DNA from: Dehalococcoidia bacterium
GTDB lineage: Bacteria > Chloroflexota > Dehalococcoidia > GIF9 > AB-539-J10
Length of the DNA stretch: 64,000 bases
Assembly: GCA_040766535.1 (NCBI GenBank)
Contig: JAXGQG010000008.1
Location: forward strand, 411 to 64,410
Direction: 5' to 3'
This document shows, piece by piece, positions 19,674 through 30,126 of the stretch. Position numbers and translations under genes: made by a program. The notes beneath the pieces were generated by a model. It searched no databases, was not told the DNA's origin, and saw only the letters and a program-made list of their open reading frames with translations. Position 1 is the first letter of the stretch. The number at the start of each line of letters is the position of its first letter.

Positions 19674-20459
19674 ATGGAGAATCCATCTGTAAAAGGGCTA
19701 CTCGAAGCGGGTGCGCATTTTGGTCATCACACCAGCTACTGGCACCCAAAGATGAAGCGCTACATCTTTGCGCAGCGCAACGGTATTCACATCATCGATC
19801 TTGAACAGACAGTCCAGATGCTGATGTCAGCGTGCGAGTTTGTGCGCGATGTCGCGGCACGCGGACAGTCCGTTCTGTTTGTGGGCACCAAGCGCCAGGC
19901 GCAACAGGTCATTGAAGAGGAAGCGAAGCGCTGTGGGATGTTCTTCGTCAGCCAGCGATGGCTGGGTGGTATGCTCACGAACTTCGGTAATATCCAGGGG
20001 AGAATCGACTACCTTGTGAGGCTCGAGGACCGTAAGGACAAGGGTGAACTGGACCTTCTGTCGAAGAAGGAACGTTCCAAGCTGGAGAAGAAGATCGAGC
20101 ACTTGAATGACCAGATGGGTGGTTTCAAGGAGATGACCAGCTTCCCGGGTCTGCTGTTCATCTCTGACCCTCTTAAGGACAAGATTGCCCTTTCCGAGGC
20201 TCGACGTGTCGGCATACCGGTAGTCGCCATTGCGGACACCAACGCCAATCCGGATCTCATCGATTACCCCATACCCGCCAATGATGATGCTATCAAGGCC
20301 ATCAGACTCATTGCTGGCAAGATAGCAGACGCTGTCATCGAGGGCCGTGGCATGTATGCCACAGAGCAGGTCGAGGACTCCGCTGCCGGTACTGTCCAGG
20401 AGGCGGAAGAACCCATCGAGATGCTGCGGTCGTATTCCTTCAACCCCGACGAGAATTAG
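19674..20459 (+). CDS. rpsB: 30S ribosomal protein S2
   Basis: MENPSVKGLLEAGAHFGHHTSYWHPKM. is canonical. In-frame ATG inside track ORF 19563..20459. Confidence 0.92.
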   Translation: MENPSVKGLLEAGAHFGHHTSYWHPKMKRYIFAQRNGIHIIDLEQTVQMLMSACEFVRDVAARGQSVLFVGTKRQAQQVIEEEAKRCGMFFVSQRWLGGMLTNFGNIQGRIDYLVRLEDRKDKGELDLLSKKERSKLEKKIEHLNDQMGGFKEMTSFPGLLFISDPLKDKIALSEARRVGIPVVAIADTNANPDLIDYPIPANDDAIKAIRLIAGKIADAVIEGRGMYATEQVEDSAAGTVQEAEEPIEMLRSYSFNPDEN

Positions 20460-20475
20460 CGAACGGAGTTCATAT

Positions 20476-20979
20476 ATGGATATTCCCGCCAGCGCGGTCA
20501 AAGAAGTGCGCACCCAGACTAATGCCGGCATGCTCGATTGCCGTAAGGCACTGGAACAGTGCAACGGCGATATCAAGGGCGCCGTGGAGGCTCTGCGACA
20601 GAAGGGTTTCGCGATGGCCGAGAAGCGTGCCTCTCGTGCTGTGGGCGAGGGCGTCGTTGCTGCCTACATGCATCACAATAACAAGGTTGGTGCGCTGGTT
20701 GAGTTGAACTGCGAGACGGATTTCGTGGCCCGCAACGAGGATTTCCGACGCCTGGCCTACGATATTGCCATGCATATCGTTGCCAGCAGACCTCTGTACA
20801 TGTGCAAAGAGGACATGCCTGCGGACTGCGAGTTCGCCGCAGAAGAAGTCTGCCTTCTGGCGCAGCCCTACGTGAAGGATCCGTCGAAGACCATCGCCGA
20901 TCTCGTGACTGAGACAATCGCCAAGACTGGCGAGAACATCAAGATCGGCAAGTTCGCACGCGTCGAAGTAGGAGGCTAG
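20476..20979 (+). CDS. tsf: elongation factor Ts (short form, 167 aa)
   Basis: MDIPASAVKEVRTQTNAGMLDCRKALEQCNGDIKGAVEALRQKG has the UBA-like N-domain and core. ATG at 20476 inside the track ORF. Confidence 0.85.
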   Translation: MDIPASAVKEVRTQTNAGMLDCRKALEQCNGDIKGAVEALRQKGFAMAEKRASRAVGEGVVAAYMHHNNKVGALVELNCETDFVARNEDFRRLAYDIAMHIVASRPLYMCKEDMPADCEFAAEEVCLLAQPYVKDPSKTIADLVTETIAKTGENIKIGKFARVEVGG

Positions 20980-21019
20980 CCCTCGACGCCGTTCCCAACT
21001 AAGGGGAGGAGGCGTACTT

Positions 21020-21577
21020 ATGGTCAGCGAAGTTCTCATCAATGCCAGCGCCGACATGCAGAAGTGTGTCGATGGTCTTAGTCACGAGCTTGGCGCCATA
21101 CGCACCGGCAGGGCGAGTCCGGCCCTCGTTGAAGACGTCCTGGTGGAGTATCACGGCGCCAATCTGCCCATCAAGCAACTGGCCAACATTGCCGTTCCTG
21201 AGCCTGCGCTGCTCACCATACAGCCATGGGACCGGACATCGTTGCGCGCCGTGGAGAAGGCGTTGCAGAAGGCCAATCTGGGTCTCAATCCCTCCAATGA
21301 CGGCAACCTCATCCGTCTGGCGATTCCGCCGCTGAGTGAGGAGCGCCGGAATGAGCTGGCCAAGCTGGTCGGTAAAAGGGTGGAAGAGCGAAAGGTCGCC
21401 TTGCGGAACATCCGGCGCGACTACGTCTCCAAGCTGAAGCAGTTGGAGAAGGAGAAGCAGATATCTCAGAACGAGATGGAGATGGCGCTCAAGAAGGTAG
21501 ATGAGGTAACCGACGCGTTCATCGTGAAAGCCGCCGAGACAGGTGCCGCCAAGGAGAAGGAAATCAAAGAACTGTAG
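21020..21577 (+). CDS. frr: ribosome recycling factor
   Basis: 185 aa with the typical RRF sequence. Confidence 0.92.
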   Translation: MVSEVLINASADMQKCVDGLSHELGAIRTGRASPALVEDVLVEYHGANLPIKQLANIAVPEPALLTIQPWDRTSLRAVEKALQKANLGLNPSNDGNLIRLAIPPLSEERRNELAKLVGKRVEERKVALRNIRRDYVSKLKQLEKEKQISQNEMEMALKKVDEVTDAFIVKAAETGAAKEKEIKEL

Positions 21578-21615
21578 CCCCTGTACTCTCTGCGGCGACG
21601 TCTTCCTGTCTGCGT

Positions 21616-22461
21616 TTGTCTGCGTTTGTCTGCTACAATCTGTTCGTGCTTCGACTTCGTTTCCTTACGGCGGCCGTCGGCCTCCCCCTGGTCATTCTAG
21701 CCATCGTTCTTGGTCCCCTGCCCTACTGCGTGTTCCTGGGCTGCGTTGCCGCCATGTGCGCCTACGAACTCGCACGTCTGGCTCCGAATACTCGCGGATG
21801 GAATCCGGTCTCGGCTGTTGCGGTTCTCTTCGCGGTGCTGCTCGCATGCTGGCGGCTGCTGCCGCTCTCTCCCGCCCTGCTGTCGCTGGCAGCAACCGTA
21901 CTGGTCGTTGCGTCGCTGGTCGTACTTCTTGACGCCAGGGGTGGACAGCGGACCTTCGGCCAATGGTCCTGGTGTATGGCCGGTGCGCTCTACGTCGGAT
22001 GGCTGTTCGGGCACTGGGGCGGCGTATACGGACTTCCAGAGGGTGTTGCACTGGTGTTCTTCGGCATGTTCACCACGTTCTTCTACGACACTTTCGCGTA
22101 TTTTACCGGCCGTGCCTTTGGCCGCCACAAGCTTGCACCCCGGTTGAGCGCTGGAAAATCCTGGGAAGGCGCGTGTGGCGGTCTCGGGATGGCGGTAGTG
22201 GGCGCGCTTCTTGTGAGGAGTGTTGCGGTCAGCCTGACAGGGGGATTCCCATTCTCCGTGTCCCTCACTGCAGTCGTTGCGCTGATTCTTGCGGTGGCCG
22301 GTCAGGTGGGCGACCTGGTTGAGTCGGCTGTAAAGCGCAGTGCTGGCGTGAAGGATGCGGGTGGTGTCTTGCCTGGCCACGGAGGGATGCTGGACCGTTT
22401 TGACAGCCTGATGCTCAGTGGCCCGATGCTATACTACGTCGCACTGTGGGTGGCTGCGTGA
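21616..22461 (+). CDS. cdsA: phosphatidate cytidylyltransferase (CDP-diglyceride synthase)
   Basis: Membrane protein ending ..GHGGMLDRFDSL.., the CdsA signature. Confidence 0.85.
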   Translation: MSAFVCYNLFVLRLRFLTAAVGLPLVILAIVLGPLPYCVFLGCVAAMCAYELARLAPNTRGWNPVSAVAVLFAVLLACWRLLPLSPALLSLAATVLVVASLVVLLDARGGQRTFGQWSWCMAGALYVGWLFGHWGGVYGLPEGVALVFFGMFTTFFYDTFAYFTGRAFGRHKLAPRLSAGKSWEGACGGLGMAVVGALLVRSVAVSLTGGFPFSVSLTAVVALILAVAGQVGDLVESAVKRSAGVKDAGGVLPGHGGMLDRFDSLMLSGPMLYYVALWVAA

Positions 22462-23594
22462 ATCGGGTTGCAGTGCTCGGAAGCACCGGGTCCATCGGCA
22501 CGCAGACTCTGGCAGTCGCGCGCCGACTGCGTGGGCAGGTCGAGGTCGCCGCACTTGCAGCTGGGAGGAATCACGAGCTGCTGTCCCGTCAGTTGGCTGA
22601 GTTCCATCCATGGTTGTACCACACACTGGGGCCTGAACTCGCCGATCCCGGAGGCGCCGCATTCGCGAGCCTTGAACAGATTGCGTCTGACCCCGCCGTG
22701 GACACGGTTGTGATTGCCACCTCTGGACGTGCCGGGTTGGAACCCACGCTTGCCGCGCTGCGGCATGGCAAACGGGTTGCTCTCGCTTCCAAGGAAGTGC
22801 TGGTGATGGCCGGTCCTCTCGTCAAAGAGGCGTCCCGGTGCCCTGACGCCGAGCTGGTGCCGATTGACAGCGAACACAGTGCGATATGGCAGTGCCTGCA
22901 AGGCGAACGCAACGGCATAAGTCGACTTGTGCTGACTGCGTCCGGAGGTCCGTTCCGTGAGTACTCACCTGAGAGACTCGAACATATCACTGCAGCAGAT
23001 GCGCTGGCCCATCCAGTGTGGTCGATGGGCGCCAAGATCACCATCGATTCGGCTACACTCATGAACAAGGGGCTCGAGGTGCTGGAGGCCAGATGGCTGT
23101 TCGATGTTCCGCTGGAGCGAATCGAGGTGGTTGTGCATCCTGAGTGCATCGTCCATTCGATGGTCGAGTTCGTCGATGGATGTGTCAAGGCGCAGATGAG
23201 TGTGCCTGATATGGCGTTGCCCATTCAGTACGCCCTGACCCATCCCGACCGTATGTCCGCACCTAACGAGTTTCTCCAGTGGAACACGTCCCGGACGCTC
23301 ACCTTTGCCCCGGTAGATGCGGATAGATTTCCGTGCCTCTCTCTCGCCCGTGAGGCGGGTGTTGCAGGTGGTGGATACCCCGCGGTGCTGTGTGGCGCTG
23401 ATGAGGCAGCTGTAGCGCTGTTCCTCCGGAACAGAATACGTTTCATCGATATTCCGGCAGCGGTGGAACGAGCCCTCGCCTCATATGCCGGATCTCACAC
23501 CGTTGATCTGGATGCAATTCTCGCGGCGTATGAATGGGGTCGAGACCGGGTGATGAACGCCCCCGGCACTTCGGTCGACTCGCGCGGCAGGTGA
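22446..23594 (+). CDS. dxr: 1-deoxy-D-xylulose-5-phosphate reductoisomerase
   Basis: VAVLGSTGSIGTQTL..LASKE..SEHSA are typical. GTG start; overlaps the cdsA stop. Confidence 0.9.
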   Translation: MGGCVNRVAVLGSTGSIGTQTLAVARRLRGQVEVAALAAGRNHELLSRQLAEFHPWLYHTLGPELADPGGAAFASLEQIASDPAVDTVVIATSGRAGLEPTLAALRHGKRVALASKEVLVMAGPLVKEASRCPDAELVPIDSEHSAIWQCLQGERNGISRLVLTASGGPFREYSPERLEHITAADALAHPVWSMGAKITIDSATLMNKGLEVLEARWLFDVPLERIEVVVHPECIVHSMVEFVDGCVKAQMSVPDMALPIQYALTHPDRMSAPNEFLQWNTSRTLTFAPVDADRFPCLSLAREAGVAGGGYPAVLCGADEAAVALFLRNRIRFIDIPAAVERALASYAGSHTVDLDAILAAYEWGRDRVMNAPGTSVDSRGR

Positions 23595-23597
23595 CAC

Positions 23598-24905
23598 ATG
23601 ATTGAGACTATCCTCCTGTTTATCGTTACGCTCTTGTTCGTCGTATTGATCCACGAAACGGGGCATTTCATCGCCTCCAAACGTGTCGGCGTCGCAGTTG
23701 AGGAATTCGGCCTTGGCTTCCCGCCGAGGATCTTCGGCAAGATGTGGAAGGGCACGCTGTATTCGATTAATGTGCTGCCCATCGGCGCTTTCGTAAGGAG
23801 TCCCGGTGAGAACGATCCTTCGATTGAAGGCAGCTTGGCCTCCCAGAGCCCGTGGCGCCGTTTCGTGGTGTACGTGTCGGGCCCCGGAGCAAACATTCTG
23901 CTTGGCTTCGTGTTGTTCACCGTCTTCTTTGCGCTGCCACGTGCGATGGTTGTGAGTGACGGCGTCCTCGTGTACGAAGTGCAGCCAGGTTCCGCAGCCG
24001 ATCAGGCCGGCATGCTTCCAGGTGATGTCATCACCAACGCCAACGGCGCCGCGCTCGAAACGTACAGCGACCTTCAGGCAGTGCTCGCCGGCGTTGCGCC
24101 CCCTGAGGCGGTGGAGCTCACGATCGCGCGCGATGGTGCAAACCTGCCGGTGAAGGTCGTCCCGGCTTACTCCGATGAACTCGGCAGGAACGTGATAGGG
24201 ATAACCCTTGGCCGAAATGTGGTCGCACAGGTCACGCCGGGGTCACCTGCCGACGAAGCCGGCATAGCGCCCGGAGATTCGGTTCTTGGAGTAGGAAATG
24301 TTGCCGTGCTGAATGAGGCTGAGCTGGACAGTATATTAGGAAACGCCTCAGGAGCTGAGCCCGTGGTGGTAACGATGCTCCGAGGCAACACATCGTACAC
24401 CGCGGAACTGTCTGGTGCCCAACTGAACACTGCAGGGATCGGCCTCGACGTCACATGGGTGCCTGGCAGCAGAGTCGAGACACGGGCGGAGCCGGTCTGG
24501 ACTGCAGCGGCAGCCAGCGCGCGCTACATCATCTCGATGCCGGCTCTCATCGTCGCCTCCGTGCCGTTGATGCGCGAGGATCCATCGTTGGCGTTTGTGG
24601 GCCCGATCGGGGCAGGGCAACTCACCGTTGAGGCAGTGCAAGTGTTCGGTCCGTCCAATCTCATCTTCATCGGTGGACTGATCAGCATCGGCATCGCGCT
24701 GTTCAACCTCATCCCTGTTCCGCCTCTGGACGGAGGGGGCATCCTCGTCGCGCTGGTGGAGGCCGTGCGGCGTGGCAAGAGGCTGTCGGAACGGTCGGTT
24801 CGTCTTGCCTATGCCATTGGGACGTCGCTCCTGATCACCCTCGTGGTGTTGATCACGACGAGTGATCTTCTGCGCCTGATCCAGGGGCGAGGATTCGGCC
24901 TATGA
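23598..24905 (+). CDS. rseP: RseP/site-2 zinc metalloprotease with PDZ domain
   Basis: HETGHFIASK (HExxH) in TM1, a PDZ segment, and a C-terminal LDGG motif. Confidence 0.88.
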   Translation: MIETILLFIVTLLFVVLIHETGHFIASKRVGVAVEEFGLGFPPRIFGKMWKGTLYSINVLPIGAFVRSPGENDPSIEGSLASQSPWRRFVVYVSGPGANILLGFVLFTVFFALPRAMVVSDGVLVYEVQPGSAADQAGMLPGDVITNANGAALETYSDLQAVLAGVAPPEAVELTIARDGANLPVKVVPAYSDELGRNVIGITLGRNVVAQVTPGSPADEAGIAPGDSVLGVGNVAVLNEAELDSILGNASGAEPVVVTMLRGNTSYTAELSGAQLNTAGIGLDVTWVPGSRVETRAEPVWTAAAASARYIISMPALIVASVPLMREDPSLAFVGPIGAGQLTVEAVQVFGPSNLIFIGGLISIGIALFNLIPVPPLDGGGILVALVEAVRRGKRLSERSVRLAYAIGTSLLITLVVLITTSDLLRLIQGRGFGL

Positions 24906-25987
24906 GGACACGCCGCCCCACTATCCCCATCCGGCTTCGCGATATCGTCATAGGCGGAGATGCGCCTGTGAGCGTTCAATCCATGACTAAGACGGATACG
25001 CGTGACGTGCGGTCGACCGTTCGACAGATCCGCAACCTGGCGGACGCCGGTTGCGATATCGTGAGAGTTGCGGTCCCGGACATTGAGGCCGCCGAGGCAC
25101 TGGCCGCCATTTGCCGTGAATCACCGGTACCCATCGTCGCGGATATTCACTTTGATCACCGCCTGGCTCTTGCGGCCATCGATTCCGGGGTTGATGGACT
25201 CCGGCTCAATCCTGGAAACATCACGCGCCGTGAGCATCTTGTGCGTGTGGTCGGCCGGGCTCGAGAGAGGTCCGTGCCCATACGGATTGGAGTGAACGGA
25301 GGCAGCCTGCCGGAGGACTATAGGCCGGAGGAACCACTTCCGGATCGAATGGTCGCGCTGGCGATGGAGCAGGTTCTGCTCCTGGAAGAGTTGGATTTTC
25401 GGCTGATCAAGGTGTCTCTCAAGGTGTCCGATGCACGTGCAACCATTGACGCGTACCGCCTGATCGCGGCGCGCATCCCCTACCCGCTTCACCTGGGAGT
25501 GACTGAGGCTGGTCCGCCACTGACGGGCGCAATTCGGAACGCCCTGGGCATAGGAATACTCCTGAATGAAGGTGTCGGTGATACTATTCGCGTCTCTATG
25601 AGCGGCGACCCGCTGCTCGAGGTAGAGGCCGGCCGCGAGATACTTGGTTCGCTGCATCTTGCGTCGCCGGGACCCCGAGTGGTGAGTTGTCCGACCTGCG
25701 GACGGACTGCACTGGATGTGCCGGGGATTTCGGCTCGAGTGACCGAGTTCCTGCGCACAGTCAAGGAACCCATACGGGTGGCGGTCATGGGCTGTGTGGT
25801 CAACGGACCCGGTGAGTGCCGGGATGCAGATGTCGGCGTAGCCGGTGGGGACGGGAAAGTACTCCTGTTCCGCGGAGGCGTGTTCGTACGTTCTGTCCCG
25901 GCTGAGGCGGCCTGTGATGTACTGTTCGAGGAGATTCGAGCGGTGCTGCAGCGGCGCGAGTTCAAACATGATAATGAGCAGAGGTGA
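24902..25987 (+). CDS. ispG: 4-hydroxy-3-methylbut-2-en-1-yl diphosphate synthase
   Basis: ..IGGDAPVSVQSMT..CPTCGR.. is typical IspG/GcpE. Confidence 0.9.
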   Translation: MRTRRPTIPIRLRDIVIGGDAPVSVQSMTKTDTRDVRSTVRQIRNLADAGCDIVRVAVPDIEAAEALAAICRESPVPIVADIHFDHRLALAAIDSGVDGLRLNPGNITRREHLVRVVGRARERSVPIRIGVNGGSLPEDYRPEEPLPDRMVALAMEQVLLLEELDFRLIKVSLKVSDARATIDAYRLIAARIPYPLHLGVTEAGPPLTGAIRNALGIGILLNEGVGDTIRVSMSGDPLLEVEAGREILGSLHLASPGPRVVSCPTCGRTALDVPGISARVTEFLRTVKEPIRVAVMGCVVNGPGECRDADVGVAGGDGKVLLFRGGVFVRSVPAEAACDVLFEEIRAVLQRREFKHDNEQR

Positions 25988-25996
25988 TGGCGAGAG

Positions 25997-27721
25997 ATGA
26001 AATACTCAAGGCTCTTTGGACGAACAACACGTGAGACTCCGGCGGATGCCGAGAGCGTAAGCCATCAGCTACTGGTGCGAGCCGGAATGATCTGCCAGGG
26101 CGCAGCTGGCGTCTACTCCTACCTCCCCCTTGGCTGGCGGGTGCTGCGCAACGTCGAGCAGATCATACGGGAGGAAATGGATCGGGCTGGAGGCCAGGAG
26201 TTGCTCATGCCCGCCCTCCAACCCTTCGAACTATGGGAGGCGTCGGGCCGCTACGTCTCATTCGGCCAGTCGCTGTTCACGGTGATGGACCGGAAGGAGC
26301 ACCGCCTCGCGTTGGGACCGACTCACGAGGAAGTCATCACCGACCTGGCCCGCCGCTATATCCAGAGCTACCGCGATATGCCGCTGATGCCGTATCAGAT
26401 TCAGACGAAGTTCCGCGACGAGCCGCGTCCGCGCGGTGGACTGCTGCGCGTTCGCGAGTTCATCATGAAGGACATGTACAGCTTCGATGTGGATGAGGAG
26501 GCGCTGGATAAGACGTACAAGACGATGGCAACTGCGTACGCAGCAGTGTACCGCAGGCTGGGGCTGCCGGCCGTGATGGTTGAAGCTGATAGCGGCGCCA
26601 TAGGCGGGAAGGCCTCGCATGAGTTCATGGTGCTGACGGCGACCGGTGAGGATGTAGTCATCCATTGCGATGCGTGTGGCTACGCTGCGAACGCGGAGAA
26701 AGCGCGAAGCCGTAAGGATGTGCGGGATGCCGCCGTGGCGACTGAGCCTGAGCTCGAGTCACTGGTGGAGGTCGCTACTCCCGAGTGCCGCACCATAGAG
26801 GAGGTTGCTGGCTTCCTCAAAGTGCCTGCGTATAAGACGTTGAAGGCGGTCTTCTACGTTGCAGATCGCGAGTTCGTGCTGGCTGTCATCAGGGGAGACC
26901 TCGACGTCAACGAAGTGAAGCTGCAGCGTGTGTTGAAGTGCACCGATTTAAGGCTTGCCGAGGCCGACGAAACCTCGCAGGCCGGAGTTGTCGCGGGATT
27001 CGCGTCCCCGGTTGGACTGCGGGACGTCAGGGTGATTGCGGACGATTCGCTATTGGATGCCCGCAACCTGGTGGCCGGTGCAAATCGGGAAGGCTATCAC
27101 CTGATGAACGTCAACCTCGGTCGTGATTTCACCGTCGATCTGGTCGCTGACATTGCACTGGCACGTGAAGGGGATGCGTGTCCCGTCTGTGGTGCGGTGC
27201 TGAAAGCGGACAGAGGCATCGAGGTGGGCCACATATTCAAGCTGGGGACTTTCCTCAGCGAGAAATTGAATGCGGTGTTCCTCGATGATTCCGGTGCCTC
27301 GAAGCCGTGTGTTATGGGGTGCTACGGCATTGGTGTGGGACGGCTGCTCGCGGCCGTTGTCGAGCACTGTCACGACGAGAAGGGTATCGTCTGGCCCATG
27401 TCCGTGGCGCCGTATCAGGTTCATATCTGTACTCTCAACCCTGACAAGGGCAATGTGGAGAGCGTTGCAGAGCGGTTGTATGAGGACCTGCGTCGGTTGG
27501 GCATCGAGGTGTTGTTGGACGACAGGCAGATGTCACCGGGAGTGAAGTTCAACGACGCAGATCTGCTCGGCGTTCCATTTCGAGTCACGGTGAGCCCGCG
27601 GGCCCTCGCCAGTTCCAGCGTCGAAGTGAAACGCAGGGATGTGACCCAATCGCAGCTTATCGCCGTCGAGGAAGCTGCCGGCAGGTTGTCGCAGATGGTC
27701 CGTCAGGCGCTAGCTGCGTAG
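25997..27721 (+). CDS. proS: prolyl-tRNA synthetase (bacterial type with INS domain)
   Basis: 574 aa with class II motifs and the typical N-terminal region. Confidence 0.9.
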   Translation: MKYSRLFGRTTRETPADAESVSHQLLVRAGMICQGAAGVYSYLPLGWRVLRNVEQIIREEMDRAGGQELLMPALQPFELWEASGRYVSFGQSLFTVMDRKEHRLALGPTHEEVITDLARRYIQSYRDMPLMPYQIQTKFRDEPRPRGGLLRVREFIMKDMYSFDVDEEALDKTYKTMATAYAAVYRRLGLPAVMVEADSGAIGGKASHEFMVLTATGEDVVIHCDACGYAANAEKARSRKDVRDAAVATEPELESLVEVATPECRTIEEVAGFLKVPAYKTLKAVFYVADREFVLAVIRGDLDVNEVKLQRVLKCTDLRLAEADETSQAGVVAGFASPVGLRDVRVIADDSLLDARNLVAGANREGYHLMNVNLGRDFTVDLVADIALAREGDACPVCGAVLKADRGIEVGHIFKLGTFLSEKLNAVFLDDSGASKPCVMGCYGIGVGRLLAAVVEHCHDEKGIVWPMSVAPYQVHICTLNPDKGNVESVAERLYEDLRRLGIEVLLDDRQMSPGVKFNDADLLGVPFRVTVSPRALASSSVEVKRRDVTQSQLIAVEEAAGRLSQMVRQALAA

Positions 27722-30112
27722 CGCGGCGCCAAAGCCTGTGGCCAGGCGGCCCAGTATCTTGCCCAGAACGTTCTGCACCTCGGTATCGGTGAGGGTGCGG
27801 TCCGGGGCCTGGAAGACGATCCTGATTGCGAAGGATTTCTTTCCTTGTGGAATCTGTTCTCCGCGGTAGACGTCGAACAGTACGGTCTCCGTCACCAGCG
27901 CAAAGCCTCGTATTATGTCGACTATGTTCCCGTAGCTGACTTCCTCCCCCACCACCAGGGCGATGTCGCGCTCCGATGACGGGAACCGGGAAAGAGGCTC
28001 GTACTCGGTGATCTCCTTACCGTGCTGCATCAGCTTCGCTACGTCAAGCTCGAATACGAACGTATCGGGCTCCACCTCGAAAGACCGCGCAACAACAGGA
28101 TGCAATTGGCCAACTACGCCGATGACATCGCTGTTGACTTTGATGGCTGCCTGTCTTCCTGGGAATAACCCCGGGTCCTCCGCCGGTGTGAAGGCTGCTA
28201 CGACGCCGCACTTACGCAGCAGGAGTTCAACAGCGCCTTTCGCATCGAAGAAATCGACACCGCGTTCGCCATGATGCCACGATGCCGGTTCGGCCGTTCC
28301 GGTGAGCAGGGCGCAGAGTGTCTCGCGCTCCACGGGCAATTCGGATCCCTGGGGCATGTACACGCGGCTGAGCTCAAACAGTCTCGCCGGTGCCTGCTCG
28401 CGACGCCGATTGCGGGCGACCACCTCGAGGAGGCTGGCGCGAAGGCTGGTCCGCAGGTACTCCTGATCCTTCGACATCGGATGGGCCATACGGATAGGCT
28501 CGATTGCCAGGGGGGATTCCGGAGTCAACAACGCCAGCCGATCGCGCGAGATGAGCGAATACGTCAGTACTTCCTGAAAACCGGCGCCGACAATGAGGCG
28601 GCGCAGCTTGGTCTTGAATTCCCACAGGTCCGCAGGGACTGTCACGGATGCTGACGTGAATCGGGGGGAAGCAACCGGGATTGTGTCGTAGCCAAGGATG
28701 CGAATCACATCCTCAACCAGGTCGGCCGGTCCGGTCACGTCTCCTCGCCAGTATGGCACGCGGTACTCGCAGCCGGATTTGTCTTCAGATGAGAGACTGT
28801 AGCCGAGTGACTCCAGTATGCCACGGCTCACAGCTGGCTCCACGTCGATGCCGGTCAGGCGACGTACCTCGTTGGACGGCAACAGGATATGTCGCAACGG
28901 TACTTGCTGCGGGTAAGCGTCACACACTCCCTCGGCTGCCAGGCCGCCGCACACTTCCACAAGAAGCTGTGTGCCACGCAGTACCCCCGCGTAGGCGACA
29001 TCGGGATGCAAGCCCTTGTCGATGCGGATAGATGCCTCAGTCCGAAGACCGAGATACGCACTCCCGTGACGCACGACCGCCTGATTGAAGCAAGCTGCCT
29101 CCAGGAGCACAGACGTTGTCTCTTCGGATACCTCGGTGTTGCTGCCGCCCATGATGCCACCCACGGCAACAGCACGCTCGGCATCCGCAATCACGAGGAC
29201 ATCGCTATTCAGCGTCCGGACAACGTTATCGAGCGTGCTGAACGCCTCATCGGGAGCGGCGCGCCGGACGATGATGTGTCTTCCGGCTATGCGGTCGTAG
29301 TCGAACGCATGCAGCGGCTGGCCGGTTTCGAGCATTACGTAGTTGGTGACATCGACGACATTCGATATCGGCCGGATGCCGCACGCCTTGAGACGAGCCT
29401 GCATCCAGTCGGGAGACGGGCCAGGCTTGATGCCCCTGACCACTGTGCAACAGTAGCGGTGACAGTCCTGTCCGTTTTCGATGGTCACCTTCACGAGGTC
29501 GTTGACGCCGGTGCCATCAGTCGCGTAGTCGGTTGACGGAAGAGTTAACGGAGCACCACACAGCGCGGCCACCTCGCGCGCCACCCCAATGACGGAGAGG
29601 CAATCAGGACGGTTGGGTGTAAGTTCAAGATCGAGCACGGCGTCGCCCATGTAATCGCGCAGCGCCATGCCCACCGGGGCGTCAAGGGGTAGCTCAAGGG
29701 TGCCCTCGTGGTCATCGGACAGACCAAGCTCTTTCTCGGAGCAGACCATGCCCGCGGACACGATGCCGCGTATCTTGGCGGGCTTGAGTGTGGCCGTCTC
29801 GCCGGTGTGTCCGTCGATCAGACACGCGCCCACGCTGGCGAAAGCTACCTTCTGCCCCACTGCGACGTTGGGAGCTCCACACACGACGGTCGTGGTGCTT
29901 GCGCCCAGATCCACAGTCACCAACCTCAATCTGTCCGCGTTCGGGTGAGGCTGAACGTCTATCACGAGGGCAACCTGGACCTTGTCCCAGCTGGAGCCAA
30001 TCACCTCGAGGGCGCCGACCTCCAGACCCGCCATGGTCAGACGCTCTGCGATACGCTCAGGTGTCCAGTCGGTGGAAACGTACTCGGAAAGCCACTTCAG
30101 TGGGACCCGCAT
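27710..30112 (-). CDS. pheT: phenylalanyl-tRNA synthetase beta subunit
   Basis: 800 aa. MRVPLKWLSEYV.. with tRNA-binding, B3/B4 and B5 regions. Confidence 0.92.
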   Translation of the reverse strand: MRVPLKWLSEYVSTDWTPERIAERLTMAGLEVGALEVIGSSWDKVQVALVIDVQPHPNADRLRLVTVDLGASTTTVVCGAPNVAVGQKVAFASVGACLIDGHTGETATLKPAKIRGIVSAGMVCSEKELGLSDDHEGTLELPLDAPVGMALRDYMGDAVLDLELTPNRPDCLSVIGVAREVAALCGAPLTLPSTDYATDGTGVNDLVKVTIENGQDCHRYCCTVVRGIKPGPSPDWMQARLKACGIRPISNVVDVTNYVMLETGQPLHAFDYDRIAGRHIIVRRAAPDEAFSTLDNVVRTLNSDVLVIADAERAVAVGGIMGGSNTEVSEETTSVLLEAACFNQAVVRHGSAYLGLRTEASIRIDKGLHPDVAYAGVLRGTQLLVEVCGGLAAEGVCDAYPQQVPLRHILLPSNEVRRLTGIDVEPAVSRGILESLGYSLSSEDKSGCEYRVPYWRGDVTGPADLVEDVIRILGYDTIPVASPRFTSASVTVPADLWEFKTKLRRLIVGAGFQEVLTYSLISRDRLALLTPESPLAIEPIRMAHPMSKDQEYLRTSLRASLLEVVARNRRREQAPARLFELSRVYMPQGSELPVERETLCALLTGTAEPASWHHGERGVDFFDAKGAVELLLRKCGVVAAFTPAEDPGLFPGRQAAIKVNSDVIGVVGQLHPVVARSFEVEPDTFVFELDVAKLMQHGKEITEYEPLSRFPSSERDIALVVGEEVSYGNIVDIIRGFALVTETVLFDVYRGEQIPQGKKSFAIRIVFQAPDRTLTDTEVQNVLGKILGRLATGFGAALRS

Positions 30113-30126
30113 CAGTACAACTCCGT

